The position numbers were made by a program, and so were the translations under genes. Under the pieces are notes generated by a model. The model saw only the letters and a program-made list of their open reading frames with translations, had not been told where the DNA came from and did not search any database. This document shows positions 51,666-64,000 of a stretch of 64,000 nucleotides of DNA, piece by piece. The DNA comes from Somniosus microcephalus (Eukaryota). The stretch spans positions 12,958,001 to 13,022,000 of the forward strand of contig CM126230.1 of NCBI GenBank assembly GCA_052327205.1, written 5' to 3'. Every line of letters starts with the position of its first letter. Positions within the stretch are counted from its first letter, which is position 1.

Positions 51666-52242
51666 CTGCAAAACACACACAACTGAACTCATCCCAGGTA
51701 GAACTGCAACCTGAAAGAGAGAAAAAACAAAGAGAAGGGGGGCGAAAAGAAGAAAAGGAGGAGTGGCAAAAAAAAAAGCAAAAGAATGGAACAGGGGAGA
51801 GAGGGAGGGAAGGAGGAGGAACAGAAAAAAAAGAACGAGAGGAAAAAAGAAATCGAAAGCATGGAATAAAGAAATTACATATATGTGGACACGTGTAGCA
51901 AAGCATACCGATACACATTTAACTTCACACATTAAATTAAAAGGCACATGAAATGCCATCTTTTAAGACTATATTATTTTAATTTACTGATTCATTCTGT
52001 CTTTTAAGGAAAACAAAAGCACATATATTTAACCAATAAAACAAAATCTCTGATACCATCCGACTAAATTACTGTATCTATTACAATATGCCGTAGCAGC
52101 TTAAACTGACAGAATTATTCAACATACTTTGAAAAAGGAAAATGATATGACTTAAAAAAACTATGTATAAAACTTTGAATTAGGTTCCATGTTTATTCTG
52201 GAACGGGTGTTGATTATATAGTGAGTGTGTGTGGGTGTGACT

Positions 52243-52563
52243 NNNNNNNNNNNNNNNNNNNNNNNNNNNNNNNNNNNNNNNNNNNNNNNNNNNNNNNNNN
52301 NNNNNNNNNNNNNNNNNNNNNNNNNNNNNNNNNNNNNNNNNNNNNNNNNNNNNNNNNNNNNNNNNNNNNNNNNNNNNNNNNNNNNNNNNNNNNNNNNNNN
52401 NNNNNNNNNNNNNNNNNNNNNNNNNNNNNNNNNNNNNNNNNNNNNNNNNNNNNNNNNNNNNNNNNNNNNNNNNNNNNNNNNNNNNNNNNNNNNNNNNNNN
52501 NNNNNNNNNNNNNNNNNNNNNNNNNNNNNNNNNNNNNNNNNNNNNNNNNNNNNNNNNNNNNNN
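52243..52563. other. Assembly gap; others at 55725-56030, 56392-56557, 56714-56843, 60572-60727, 60846-61017
   Basis: Runs of N, flanked by CA/TG/TA simple repeats. Confidence 1.
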
Positions 52564-54864
52564 NGATAGTGTATGTTTGACGGAGCGGTAAGACGGTCTG
52601 TTTGTTGAACGGCACGCTGGTATTTGTGCGGAAATGGTGTATAAAGCAGCAAATTACAACAGTGCCGGATTCCCTCGCTGCAGGGCTTCATAGAGCCCGC
52701 TGAAAATTTCTCTGTCTCGGTTTCCTCTGTTTCTCCTATTGTGTGTGTGTATCCCCTTTACTGGGGGTACACGGGTTAAGCATTCTCTCACTGCCCTGCT
52801 CTGAAGGAGACTTAGCAATTTCATCGAGAGAAAAGATTTACAAGACAACAAAATGATAGGCAATTTCAGCACCGGCACTATGAAGTGAGAAGGGCTTATA
52901 TATATATTAAAAAAATATTATATATATAGATGTGTTTCTACATGGCATATAAAATGCATATCTACTGGTGTTAATGAACAGAAAACATACGTTAATATAT
53001 AAGTACAAGGGACGCATATACTCGACACTAATTAATTACGTGTTCCAAATGTTCAGATTTAAATATTTGCTATGCATACATTTCATGCAGCTAGTCCTTA
53101 ATAATAATTCATTGTACTTGTATGTTACAGTTTTTTTTTAAAAAGCAGGGAATGCGTAAAAATGATGTGCTATTGATTGTCGATATGCTGTTTTATAGCG
53201 AACGGGAAGAATTATATCAAACGCCTCGGTATATTTACAAGAGCGTGTCATTCTCTGAAACAAGACAAGGAGCCTTCACGTGCACACGATTGTCTTCTTG
53301 TTGCTAATGTACTTGTTTGAGGTGATTTGGAAGTTTGTGTGTGTGTGTGTAGGAGTGACCGTGGTATTTCGGCGGATCACAATTCCTCCACTTCAAACAG
53401 TAACTTATTGATGCGAGGCGACTTCGCCAAACTCTCAATTGCCCTTAAATCGACCCATGTCGGAGGATTATAAATATGGATTTTTCCGAGGAGTAGCTGG
53501 AACAGATTTTTTTAAAGTCTCTCTTTCTCTCAATCTTTATCTTCTAAAAACATTTAATCTTGGTTCTATTTTACTCAATTGTAATGGAAAAAAATCGAGT
53601 TAAAAAACATTTGCCAATTTTTCCTAGAAAATAATACTGGGAGCACGGGGTAAATATTTGCTAATGATACTTGTTTATTCGCAGTTATCCTGGGCTCTCC
53701 GATATGTGGGCTGAAGTTACTGTCTGGCAAAACTATCAGATTCAACATCAATAATTCAGACTAGCTTTGATATCTCAGATTACGGATTATTTGAAGGCCG
53801 CATCATCAAGGAAAGATTAGAATAAATAATTTAAAAACCTTTTGCGCTGTAATATCTGTTAGCGAGTCTTTTCATATATATATATAAAATATATTTTACC
53901 CGGGTTCATTTTGTAAAACAACGGCAGAATAGGAATCAATTTGTATTTTTTCAGCCTTGTGTTGCATTCTTTCGAGCTTAGTATGATTTTAAATAGTCAT
54001 TTTTGTTAATTAAATATGGTACAATATATATATCTCTGTATATTTATATCTAGCTACTTATATATAAATAGATGTGTGTGTGTGTTATTGCAGTGTGTCC
54101 GTGCTGTGGTTTATGGTGTTAAGAGATTTCTGCCAGTACTATAGGGCCCTACACGTGGATAGCGGTGAAATTAGACAGTGGATAAAGGCGGCACTTCATA
54201 AATATGTTTACAATATAAAGGACCAGAGAACATTCTTTTTATTACAATTCGAACTGTCTCTTTTAAAAAAAAATAATCTCGCATGTCTACCGACTTTAAC
54301 AAGCAAGTGCGAACAGCTGGAAGCCGGGAAGCAGCAAAATCCGCCAAAGCCCTACCTGTATATCCCTGACAATAACAGCGTGACAACGCGAATATTAGTG
54401 AGGACATTGGCGAAAGAAACTGGGTTAATGTGTGTGGCGAGAAAATCATCTTCGCTTTGGTATCAAGCCGAGGAGTGCGAGGGGGGAGAGGAAAGTTCAC
54501 TCAACCTCCTGGAAATATAAGCAACTCCTGGGAGTGTTAATCATTCGGTTTGCAAGACTAGATTTTGCTTGTTTAATGTTCTTCAAATACTGGTGTAATA
54601 TGTGCCCTGGTGTATCTGAAATTAATCTAAACAATGCGTGCTTGTATATTTAGATCTAAGTGACTGTGACAAGTAAACGTTTCCTTCTGTTTTTATATAT
54701 TCGCCGTGTTAGAAAGTGCTGAGTATCTCGTTATATCTTTGTGTAAAAAATACAGTAGCAATTATAAATAGATAGCTTTATTCATTTGCGCTTTGCAGAT
54801 CTAATATTTTACTTAAAATAGGTTTTACTGGCGTTAAAGAAAACACAATCAATCGCCTACTCAC

Positions 54865-54907
54865 TGTGCATAGCTGAGAAAGGATCTGCTTTGCAATGTA
54901 TATCCAT
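54865..54907 (-). CDS. pax2: pax2 coding exon 1 (start codon)
   Basis: ATG GAT ATA CAT TGC AAA GCA GAT CCT TTC TCA GCT ATG CAC A|gtgagt = MDIHCKADPFSAMH; joins exon 2 as ...MHRHGG. Confidence 0.96.
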
Positions 54908-55449
54908 GAGTGCCAGCGCTACAGAAATGAACGGGGCTGGTTCCGCCGTCTCGTCTTTTAATTAAAGGCTTACGTTAATGCAGAAAAAACATTGACTGTA
55001 AACAAGAAAACAAAACAACAACAAAACCAACAAAAAAAACTTTTTTTTTCCTTTCCTCTCTCAGCTGGTGGCGACGAGCCGGAAAATTCAAAACTAGTCC
55101 TGCAAAGAAAGTTAAGTGACCGGCGCCCCTTGTCCTCGCTCACAGTCCTCTGCACGGAGAGATGGGGGAGCGGTCGGCAATCGGACAGGTGGGACGCATG
55201 TCCGTCCACTTTTCTGAGATGTTTGTAGAGCAAACAGGCATCAGTCGGAAACCAAGGCTCGGATTTATAGACTGTTTTGGAAACGAAACGCACACGCAGT
55301 GACGGGAAATGAACGCGCGATGCGTCGTTTTTGTCAAGATTCACTGTCCTCTGAAAATTCTTTACACCTTCACTCAAATCCTTCCTTGTCCCCCTCTCTC
55401 AAGTGCGACTGACGGTGCCCTGGTTGCGCCAGTGGTAACAGGCCGGTCT

Positions 55450-55680
55450 GCAGGATCAGAGGGAGGCGGGTGAGCCCAATGGAGCCAGAGAGCGTGTCTC
55501 TGCTTACTTGCTGGTGCTGGTTGCAGGTTTTGAAGTGCAGACTGAAGCCCGGGCTCTGCGTGGTTCTCTCTAAAACCCTGCGCAGATTCCAGCCACTCCA
55601 GTCCCCTTTAGAAAGATGGATGACTTGTCAGACAAAGGCAATAGATTACAACACTTTGTGATTCGCCAACGCAGATTGGA
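55450..55680 (-). promoter_or_regulatory. Probable pax2 proximal promoter / TSS region
   Basis: GC-rich block upstream of exon 1 with GGAGGCGGG and CCAAT motifs and a TAATCTATTGCCTTTGTCTGACAAGTCATCCATCT block that I recall from mammalian Pax2 promoters; TSS not determinable. Confidence 0.5.
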
Positions 55681-56030
55681 CCCCAAATGAGGAGGTCCCG
55701 TGATCTGCCACTCTGAGAGTCACCNNNNNNNNNNNNNNNNNNNNNNNNNNNNNNNNNNNNNNNNNNNNNNNNNNNNNNNNNNNNNNNNNNNNNNNNNNNN
55801 NNNNNNNNNNNNNNNNNNNNNNNNNNNNNNNNNNNNNNNNNNNNNNNNNNNNNNNNNNNNNNNNNNNNNNNNNNNNNNNNNNNNNNNNNNNNNNNNNNNN
55901 NNNNNNNNNNNNNNNNNNNNNNNNNNNNNNNNNNNNNNNNNNNNNNNNNNNNNNNNNNNNNNNNNNNNNNNNNNNNNNNNNNNNNNNNNNNNNNNNNNNN
56001 NNNNNNNNNNNNNNNNNNNNNNNNNNNNNN

Positions 56031-56855
56031 ATAGACACACACACACTCACTCTCTCCACACACACAGACACACACTCACATAGACACACTCTCACACACA
56101 CAGACACATTCACATAGACACACACTCACATAGACACACACACTCACACTCTCTCACACACACAGACACACTCACATAGACACACACACACTCACTCTCA
56201 CACACACAGACACATACTCACATAGACACACACGCACTCACTCTCTCACACACACAGACACACACTCACATAGACACACTCACACTCATTCTCTCACACA
56301 CACAGACACACACTCACATAGACACACACACACTCACACTCTCACACACATACACACACTCTCACACACACATGCACACACTCACATAGACNNNNNNNNN
56401 NNNNNNNNNNNNNNNNNNNNNNNNNNNNNNNNNNNNNNNNNNNNNNNNNNNNNNNNNNNNNNNNNNNNNNNNNNNNNNNNNNNNNNNNNNNNNNNNNNNN
56501 NNNNNNNNNNNNNNNNNNNNNNNNNNNNNNNNNNNNNNNNNNNNNNNNNNNNNNNNNTCACACACATGCACACACTCACATAGACACACACGCACTCACA
56601 CTCTCTCACACACATGCACACTCACATAAACACACAATCTCACATTCTTTCTCACACACACAGACACACACTCACATAGACACATACACACTCACACACT
56701 CTCACTCTCCTACNNNNNNNNNNNNNNNNNNNNNNNNNNNNNNNNNNNNNNNNNNNNNNNNNNNNNNNNNNNNNNNNNNNNNNNNNNNNNNNNNNNNNNN
56801 NNNNNNNNNNNNNNNNNNNNNNNNNNNNNNNNNNNNNNNNNNNACACGCATACAC
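56031..56855. repeat. CA-rich compound simple repeat (CACATAGACACACACTCA-like), interrupted by gaps
   Basis: Directly visible. Confidence 0.9.
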
Positions 56856-59800
56856 CCCAAATTCAGATTCTGAGATTCGGTTTTATTAGGGAAATTGAAT
56901 TAGGAAATAGCCCGTTTGATCCAAGATAAGTGGAATAAGTAAGTGGAGCTCAGCCAAGACCAACTCTGCAGAATATCTGTACCTCTTTTACTCCGTGTCT
57001 TGCTGTATGCCCCTCCAACATAGCATATGTAATCCTGTCTATTTTCAAATTGAATTCTGCGGGAACAGTCTCTCCCTGTACATCTGTTTGTTTTAAACAG
57101 ATTGACTCTTTATTACAATCAGCCTCTTCCAAAGAAGGTTATATATCAAACGGCAACGATGGTGCCTCCACTTTCTGCGATGCTGTTTGTATCTCTGATT
57201 CGGTTTACCGATGTTTCTGTGTAACCGGATTCTTTTACCCCACCCCTCGCCAGTGCACCTGAGCTGTCTGACCTGCGCGTGTATGTTATGCACACAGGGT
57301 GGAAAGTGAAATTAGATTGACAGACATTAAAAAGAAATGTATTTGAGGGCATCAATGGAGTTTACAAATCACACTTCACCCAGTTTCCCTGATGCTTTTT
57401 TTAAAATTAATAACGTTTGCTCTTAACTTTTCTCCGAACCGGTGTGTGAAACGCATTAAGTAACTGACCCACAGCAATCTCACAGTCACATAACACGGCG
57501 AATGGAGTGACCAGACTAAATGTTAACTCTGTGCTAAGACCATTCCTTGTTACAGAACTCATTGGAAATCCTTCGGAAATGGATAGTTAATGCGCGTTTC
57601 ATATTCGCTGCTAGCGGTGTCCTCATAACAGAATCTTTCAGATGTCCGTGTTTTATTTTAAAGAAATGATGTCCCCCCTCAGTTTGGAGTGATTGCGAGG
57701 TGATTTTTTTTCTCTCTCTAATGTTGTTGGTTGAAGGGAGTTGGGTGCCGTGTGGCCGAGTGTGCTGTAGGTGGCGCTGGCTTTTTACTTCTGGGGGAAG
57801 ATCAGCTCGATAAAGATTTCGGGTGAGTTGAAAGTTGGAAGTGTTCAGAGTTACTGTAGCTCAGCGCTCTCTCTCTCTCTCTCTCTCTCTCTACTGGGCC
57901 ACAATAGGAACTTTATTTTAAAAAAAACTCCCTGAAACACCGGCCAACAGAACTTTGTTAAATCTCTGTGGGCATAAATTTGATGAATAAAACCCCCCTT
58001 TGATCTCTTCCAAATCAGAGATTATTTGATACCGATATGTATATAAAGCCTGCCTCTGCGCTGCTGTTATGTTGCATTAATTTTACTATTTACCATTGCG
58101 ACTCTTCTTGGAATCGAATCAATCGTCTGATTTCTTGGTGACAAATCATTTAATCTGTCAGCAGGCTTCTTGTTTTCAAACGATTCTCTGTCATCGTGTG
58201 CTCAATGTTGTAATTGAAATCTTTTCTTCGCGAAGTCTCTCTCCACCCCCCAGCACCACCCCCCCCCCCCCTCCCCATACCTCACCTCCAGCCCCGCAAC
58301 CCCATTTCCCATACTTGAAGTCATTTTAGTTTGCAAACAATTCCCGCTTTCACTGCTCTGCTCTGCCGGCGCTTCAAGCCGGTGAGCCTCTTAAATACCG
58401 AACCAAACATTGTACTGCTCTGAAAAACATTCAAGTCGCGCATTTTCTGAAAACTGAAATATAACACTTAAATAATACTTTCAAATCAGCTCAGCCCACG
58501 TAATTCAGTCTTAATTCTTGTATTTTAATATATTTTTTTAAACAGTGAAAGTAGAATTTAGCCACCTGATCAGATTAAATAAAATGTAATCATTGCAAAA
58601 CAGCAAAAGACTGGATTAAATCAGAGGGGGGAGCTTTTCAAGGCGCATTTACAACTGAGTCGCTGAGTCTTTTCCTGCGTTCTTCTTCCTAATTTTTTTC
58701 TCCTCTGGGAAGCAGCAAGTATATTAGGATCCAGAGTCGGATTCAGCTGCTATACGTTACCACACTAAATGTGAGGGAGGAACTGTCATTCTGTTAAACA
58801 GGACGTTCCAGGCGAATCTGTGCAAATTCATTTGATATAGCGCCGGAGTTATTAAAGGCTTGAAATGTTAATGGGGCTGGGGCGAAGAGAATAGTCGCTG
58901 TCACTTAAACAGTAAAGAGAGGTTGCAAATCGGAGTTGCAAGGGGGACACGGGTTTATATCATGAATCAAAAAAGGACAAATTAGTGCAATGTGGCGGCA
59001 TTCTGTGTCACTTTGGCTACAATTATCCCGTGTAAAACGGCCCCTTAACTCTCTCAGAATGGTGGATAGTTGTAAGAATTTTCACCGCGCTGCTCAGACC
59101 TTGCGACCTCCTAAAAAGTGATAGTTACCGAGAATGCGGGAAAAAAAGATGCATCCAAACTGTTGGCTTTGTTGTATAAAAAAAATAAGGTTTTTTTCAT
59201 CAGCCGTAACAAAAAGTTATTTCTCCCATGCGGGAGAGGAATTGGCAACAATCATTAACTTCAGATCAGTCGCTTTATTTATTTTTAGTATCGCGTTCAG
59301 GAAAGATCAACTTTCGAAAGCGATGTTCTATTGTGACTGTTCTCATACAACACTAGATTAACCAGCACAGCCTGGATTATGCCAGGTATTAAATCCATGA
59401 CTGTACACTCATAATCCGAGGCAGGAATGAAGTGATTTCAAAATCTATAATTTTCAGTATTAATTACAAACCACAATGCAGACTGACGCCCACACTTGGG
59501 TCTTTGGGCCAGTGTTTCGGCGCAAGTCCCTCTCCAACTAATAAGAGATTCGCTGATCAAATAGGGAAGGGAAATAAAGTCTATTATTTGAGGTGCAATT
59601 GTGCCATGTCCTTTGGATGCCAGCCTGAGAAGAGGTGGGAGAGAGTCGGAGGGTTTGGGGGGAGTAATGGTTGGGTAACCCCGCTCTCCAGTCTTTCATT
59701 AACCTATTTCACAGGAAGCCCCCTTCGCTTCATTTGCACTACAAAGAGGCGCGCCGTCTCGCCCAACGGAAATTAAAGACAAATAAACTTTTTTTTGGGG

Positions 59801-60727
59801 GGGGTGGGGAGGGATGGGAGTGTGTTTTCAGAGAGAGAGAGAGAGAGAGGGGTCTGTGTGGAATCTCTAGATCAGCCCCTGGATGGCCCCAGTCAATCCG
59901 CAATCCATTTTATATACTATCTCTGAGAGGCAAATCCCTTGATCATGTTTTATCCAGACTCCTCTTGTCCGCTCACTGTTTAACTCTATAATCGTGTTGC
60001 GTGTAAATATACTGGCTGGATTTGACGCCTCTCGGTGTTTACACACAGGATTACTCGCGGCTCTATCTTTGCCTTTGATCTGAATTAACGGATCTGTTCA
60101 GTCACAGAGCAAGTGGCGACCGTTTAAAAGTTAAATGTAGAATTTGACGGACCATTGGGATAATGAATGGGAAAATATTTGTGTATAATTTAATTTTCAA
60201 TATATACGTATGTTTTCTCAAACAGTGCTGTTCCAGTTCTCGCTGAAAAAAGTATTTTACTCCAAAATAACAAATCTTTTATTTTTGATGAATTATTTTC
60301 AACTTGCCACGATGTCCTGCCTTTCTTTTCTCGAGCCCTCTTTAATGCATTTTATAGGTAACCCCCGTGGAATGTTGTGACTTGAAGGATTCGTGTGTAC
60401 AAACTGCGCATTGTTAATAGATAATAGTGTGTGCTTTAGTGTGAGGCGCTGTGTGTGTGTGGGGGGGGGGGGGGGGGAGGGGAGTGGGGGAGCGGTGTGT
60501 AAGTTGCACATTACCAGTGGTTAGGTGTGATTTTTGTTTGTAGAGAAGGGCGACGAGAAAAAATGACATTANNNNNNNNNNNNNNNNNNNNNNNNNNNNN
60601 NNNNNNNNNNNNNNNNNNNNNNNNNNNNNNNNNNNNNNNNNNNNNNNNNNNNNNNNNNNNNNNNNNNNNNNNNNNNNNNNNNNNNNNNNNNNNNNNNNNN
60701 NNNNNNNNNNNNNNNNNNNNNNNNNNN

Positions 60728-60845
60728 ATACACACAAACACACGCGTCTATATATACTACACACACATTTGTATATATACATACACACACATATATATAT
60801 ATACACACATGTTTGTATATATGCATACACACATTTACACACATA
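60728..60845. repeat. (CA)/(TA) microsatellite between gaps
   Basis: Directly visible. Confidence 0.85.
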
Positions 60846-62144
60846 NNNNNNNNNNNNNNNNNNNNNNNNNNNNNNNNNNNNNNNNNNNNNNNNNNNNNNN
60901 NNNNNNNNNNNNNNNNNNNNNNNNNNNNNNNNNNNNNNNNNNNNNNNNNNNNNNNNNNNNNNNNNNNNNNNNNNNNNNNNNNNNNNNNNNNNNNNNNNNN
61001 NNNNNNNNNNNNNNNNNTAATCAATCCCCAGCAAATAGCCCTTGTTCTCAAGCGGATTTCTAAGTGTATTAGGATGTGCTGGCGGGACAGGAATGGGCAC
61101 ATAGTGCCGGTCTGTGCTCTGTGCGCCCTTGGCTAGGTTTGGGGTTGCTGGATGTGCGTGTTTTGGAGAAGTTGAAGCGTTCTGGTGAAATGTAACGGCA
61201 TCGGCTGCAATTTCACAGTCCGGAGAACATTTTGCCTGAAGCAACTTCTGTTTTTTTTCCCTCTTTTCCCCCCCTCCTCCCTTGTCTCAGACTCCTCCCC
61301 AAGATTATTGCTCTCTTACCTTACAGTGCTTGGCTACAATGCACAGTTCAAGAAAGAGGAAGCAGGGATAAAATAAATGTTATATCCAATCTGGTCACGC
61401 TACATCGGTAATAGCCTATTTTCCCTTCTTTTGCATCTGTCTGCTTTGAATGTTAATAGCACACGTGTAGAGCTACTTTCTCGCCACCTCACAATTAACA
61501 CTTCTTTTCGGAAACTGCATCAGAAAATCTTAAGATTTTTTTTATATACGGCCGGCCCGGGAAAAAATAAATTCTATTCCAAATTCAAATCCAGGTGTTT
61601 TGTAGAGACCGTGTTAGTGAAACGGGTATGTGAGTGTAACTGCAACATTCAGTATTAGATACACTTTACATTAACTTTATGGGGGGGTTTTATTCCTTTA
61701 TAAACCCCCGTGCCCCCTCCCCAAATTTAAATAATCTATTTCATAGAATTAAAAAAAACAATTAAATGAAGCTTGGTAATATGTAAGATCAGAGTAAAAC
61801 GCACAAAAATACAGACATGGTGAGTCTGATGGATTAACTACATTTAGCCTATGCTGACATGCCCATAATGCATTTTCTTACCCAGACATAAAATATATGT
61901 TTATGACATATAACCAAAAGACCTGGTAATGCATATTTTATTCTAAAGTATAAGCTACATTTATTTGCTAAAACGAAACCGCAGTGTGTAAATGGATGGT
62001 TGATACGGGTTTGTCCGTGCCCATCACCATTCTGCACCCTGGTTTAAGGTTAGCAAGTCATGTTAACCGAGCCAGTCGTGGCTTTTTGTAAGGCCTCGGT
62101 GCTGAAGGCACCTGTAACAAGACTGTGGGGACTGAGGCGAGACA

Positions 62145-62590
62145 GGCACACACGAATAAATATAGACAGACACACACAAATATAAATACAAAAATAAAAT
62201 TCACACACACACACACATATAGACACCGAGACAATGATGTACACACATATATAGACGAGCAAATATTAGCAAGCGCGTGTGCACACATATAGGCACACGC
62301 CCTGGCCACGTTCAAATTAAGCAATAAATGGACGCCAAACACACACACACACACGCAAATATAGACATATACAGATGGATATATACATATATAAACACGC
62401 ATGTTCGCACACGTGTGTACACATACAGGCACGTAGATTTATAGTTAGACCAAGGAAGGTGACACCAAACACATTTACTCTCTCTCACACATGGCAAGTA
62501 CACACACACACCCAGACACACATGGCCATCCCCTCAGATAAAGAAACGGGCTTTACACACATGCCCCAACACACATACACGCGCGTCCCA
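62145..62590. repeat. Degenerate CA/TA-rich low-complexity region
   Basis: Directly visible. Confidence 0.75.
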
Positions 62591-64000
62591 GAGTCTTGCT
62601 CTCCCCCACACTCAGATACATTGGCCATGTGTGGAATGGGGAAAGTTGCTCCAGTATGACCCTCTGAACTTAGATACGCACTTTTAGCTTTTGAATTTTC
62701 TGATTTGCAGCAGACAGTTTTCCTGGATCGGTGTTAAGGGAAGGGGGCAAATAAGAAAACAAATAAGGTTAGAAAATAGGAGAGAGGCGGTTAAAGAGAA
62801 AGTCATTGTGAATTGAAGCTAAAAGTCAACAAAGAGGGTGAATTACCGATAGATCGCCAACCTGCCGCATGGGATCTAAATATAAAACTCAGAAAAAGGT
62901 GGGGGTGGGGATGGGAGGGGGTTAAATGAAGAAGGTGCGATTAAGAAAGAATGTAAACGATCCTTTCTGGGCCTGGCTGAATTCTCTTTAACACCTGCAT
63001 CACACGTATAAAGGCTTTCAACAATGTGCCACTGATTTGAATTACATTGTCCTAACTGCTCTTTAACAGATATGAAGGGGATAAGTCATTCATTTGGGAG
63101 AAATAGAATCCATTTCTGGATTTATAGTGTGTTTGGCTTTGAAAAGATTTCTTTCCGCTAACTCCGGGAGTACTGTTTTGGTTAGCAGATAATTGGTGGA
63201 AAAATGTAATTTGGGAATTGGTGATCATAGAGATTAAACCCCCAAAAAAGAGAGTTGATGCCTAATTAAAAGCCGTTTGAGCGAGTGACAGAAATCCATT
63301 TGTCTTTTAGCATCAGCTGCTAGCGGTTCCTGGTGGCTGGCTGGGGCCAGGAGCCCCCATTCGGAGAGCGGACTGGAATAGCTCCCCGCCCAGCCTGTGG
63401 CGAACGGGCGGGCGCTGGGCATTTCCACCTTCCCCTCTCAGCCAGGTGCACGGTTAGTGAATCCAAACTCAGACTTGCAGCTCTACCTCAGCTCCGCTCA
63501 GCTCCCAGTGTCGGAGGCAGCTTTAGCGATCGGTGCCTTCATGCTTCTGTAGGACCTTTGGTGCCAGTGGGTGTGAGTTTTACCACAATAACCTCTCTTA
63601 ACCATCTTGCTGCAGGTTAAAAAAAAATTAACATTTCATTGTATGTAATTCGATATATTGGCGCGACGGTGTACCATTAAACGGGATAAAGTGAACGGTT
63701 TCTGTCAGATCGTGTTTGTTTAACACGAGTGCTTAACAATCGGGGAAAGCGAAAGAAGATTCATTAAAGAATATCAATTGATAATTTATAGTGAAATTTC
63801 ATAATAAGCGGAATTTATTTGACAGCATCTCGTTTTGCTCATTGAGTACGGTATTGGCATTTGAAATTGGCATATGAAGTTTAATAATGTTTGGATAAAT
63901 AGAGAAAAAAATGTATAGTATGTACAGTTTTATTTCCGACTAAAAAGTTCCCAGAGAAATACACCAAAAACCAAGAGCTATTTCTATTTGCAGGCTGTCA

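Noticed and set aside
55068-55078. GTGGCGACGAG identical to the Gypsy PBS, in the pax2 5' region
   Set aside because: An 11-nt match with no LTR nearby; consistent with chance
52161-61244. ORFs spanning N runs and CA/TA repeats
   Set aside because: Artefacts of gaps and low-complexity sequence

Overview
Vertebrate genomic DNA, probably a cartilaginous fish (shark-type CR1/HER1, L2 and Deu-domain SINE fragments). The window holds the 5' half of pax2 on the minus strand. Coding exons 1-5 lie at 54907-54865, 51665-51500, 48844-48647, 43317-43232 and 37837-37715, all with GT-AG boundaries. They splice to 205 codons covering the paired domain and the YSINGILG octapeptide. I found no downstream exon, so 1-37714 appears to be one very large intron. 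That stretch contains a 27-bp satellite of at least 9.8 kb with higher-order duplications. It also holds a full-length but decayed Ty3/Gypsy (Mag-like) LTR retrotransposon (9968-15268, TSD ATAAT), with a solo LTR of a sister subfamily nested in its integrase. Many SINE, LINE and MITE fragments follow. The 44.5-64 kb part is almost free of transposons and has several enhancer-like blocks, simple repeats and six short N gaps. I found no convincing wholly new gene system. The best leads are the nested LTR and the one-sided LTR divergence, the intronic satellite, and an in-frame alternative acceptor for pax2 exon 2. Repeat-family names and cross-species comparisons are from recall and need database checks.
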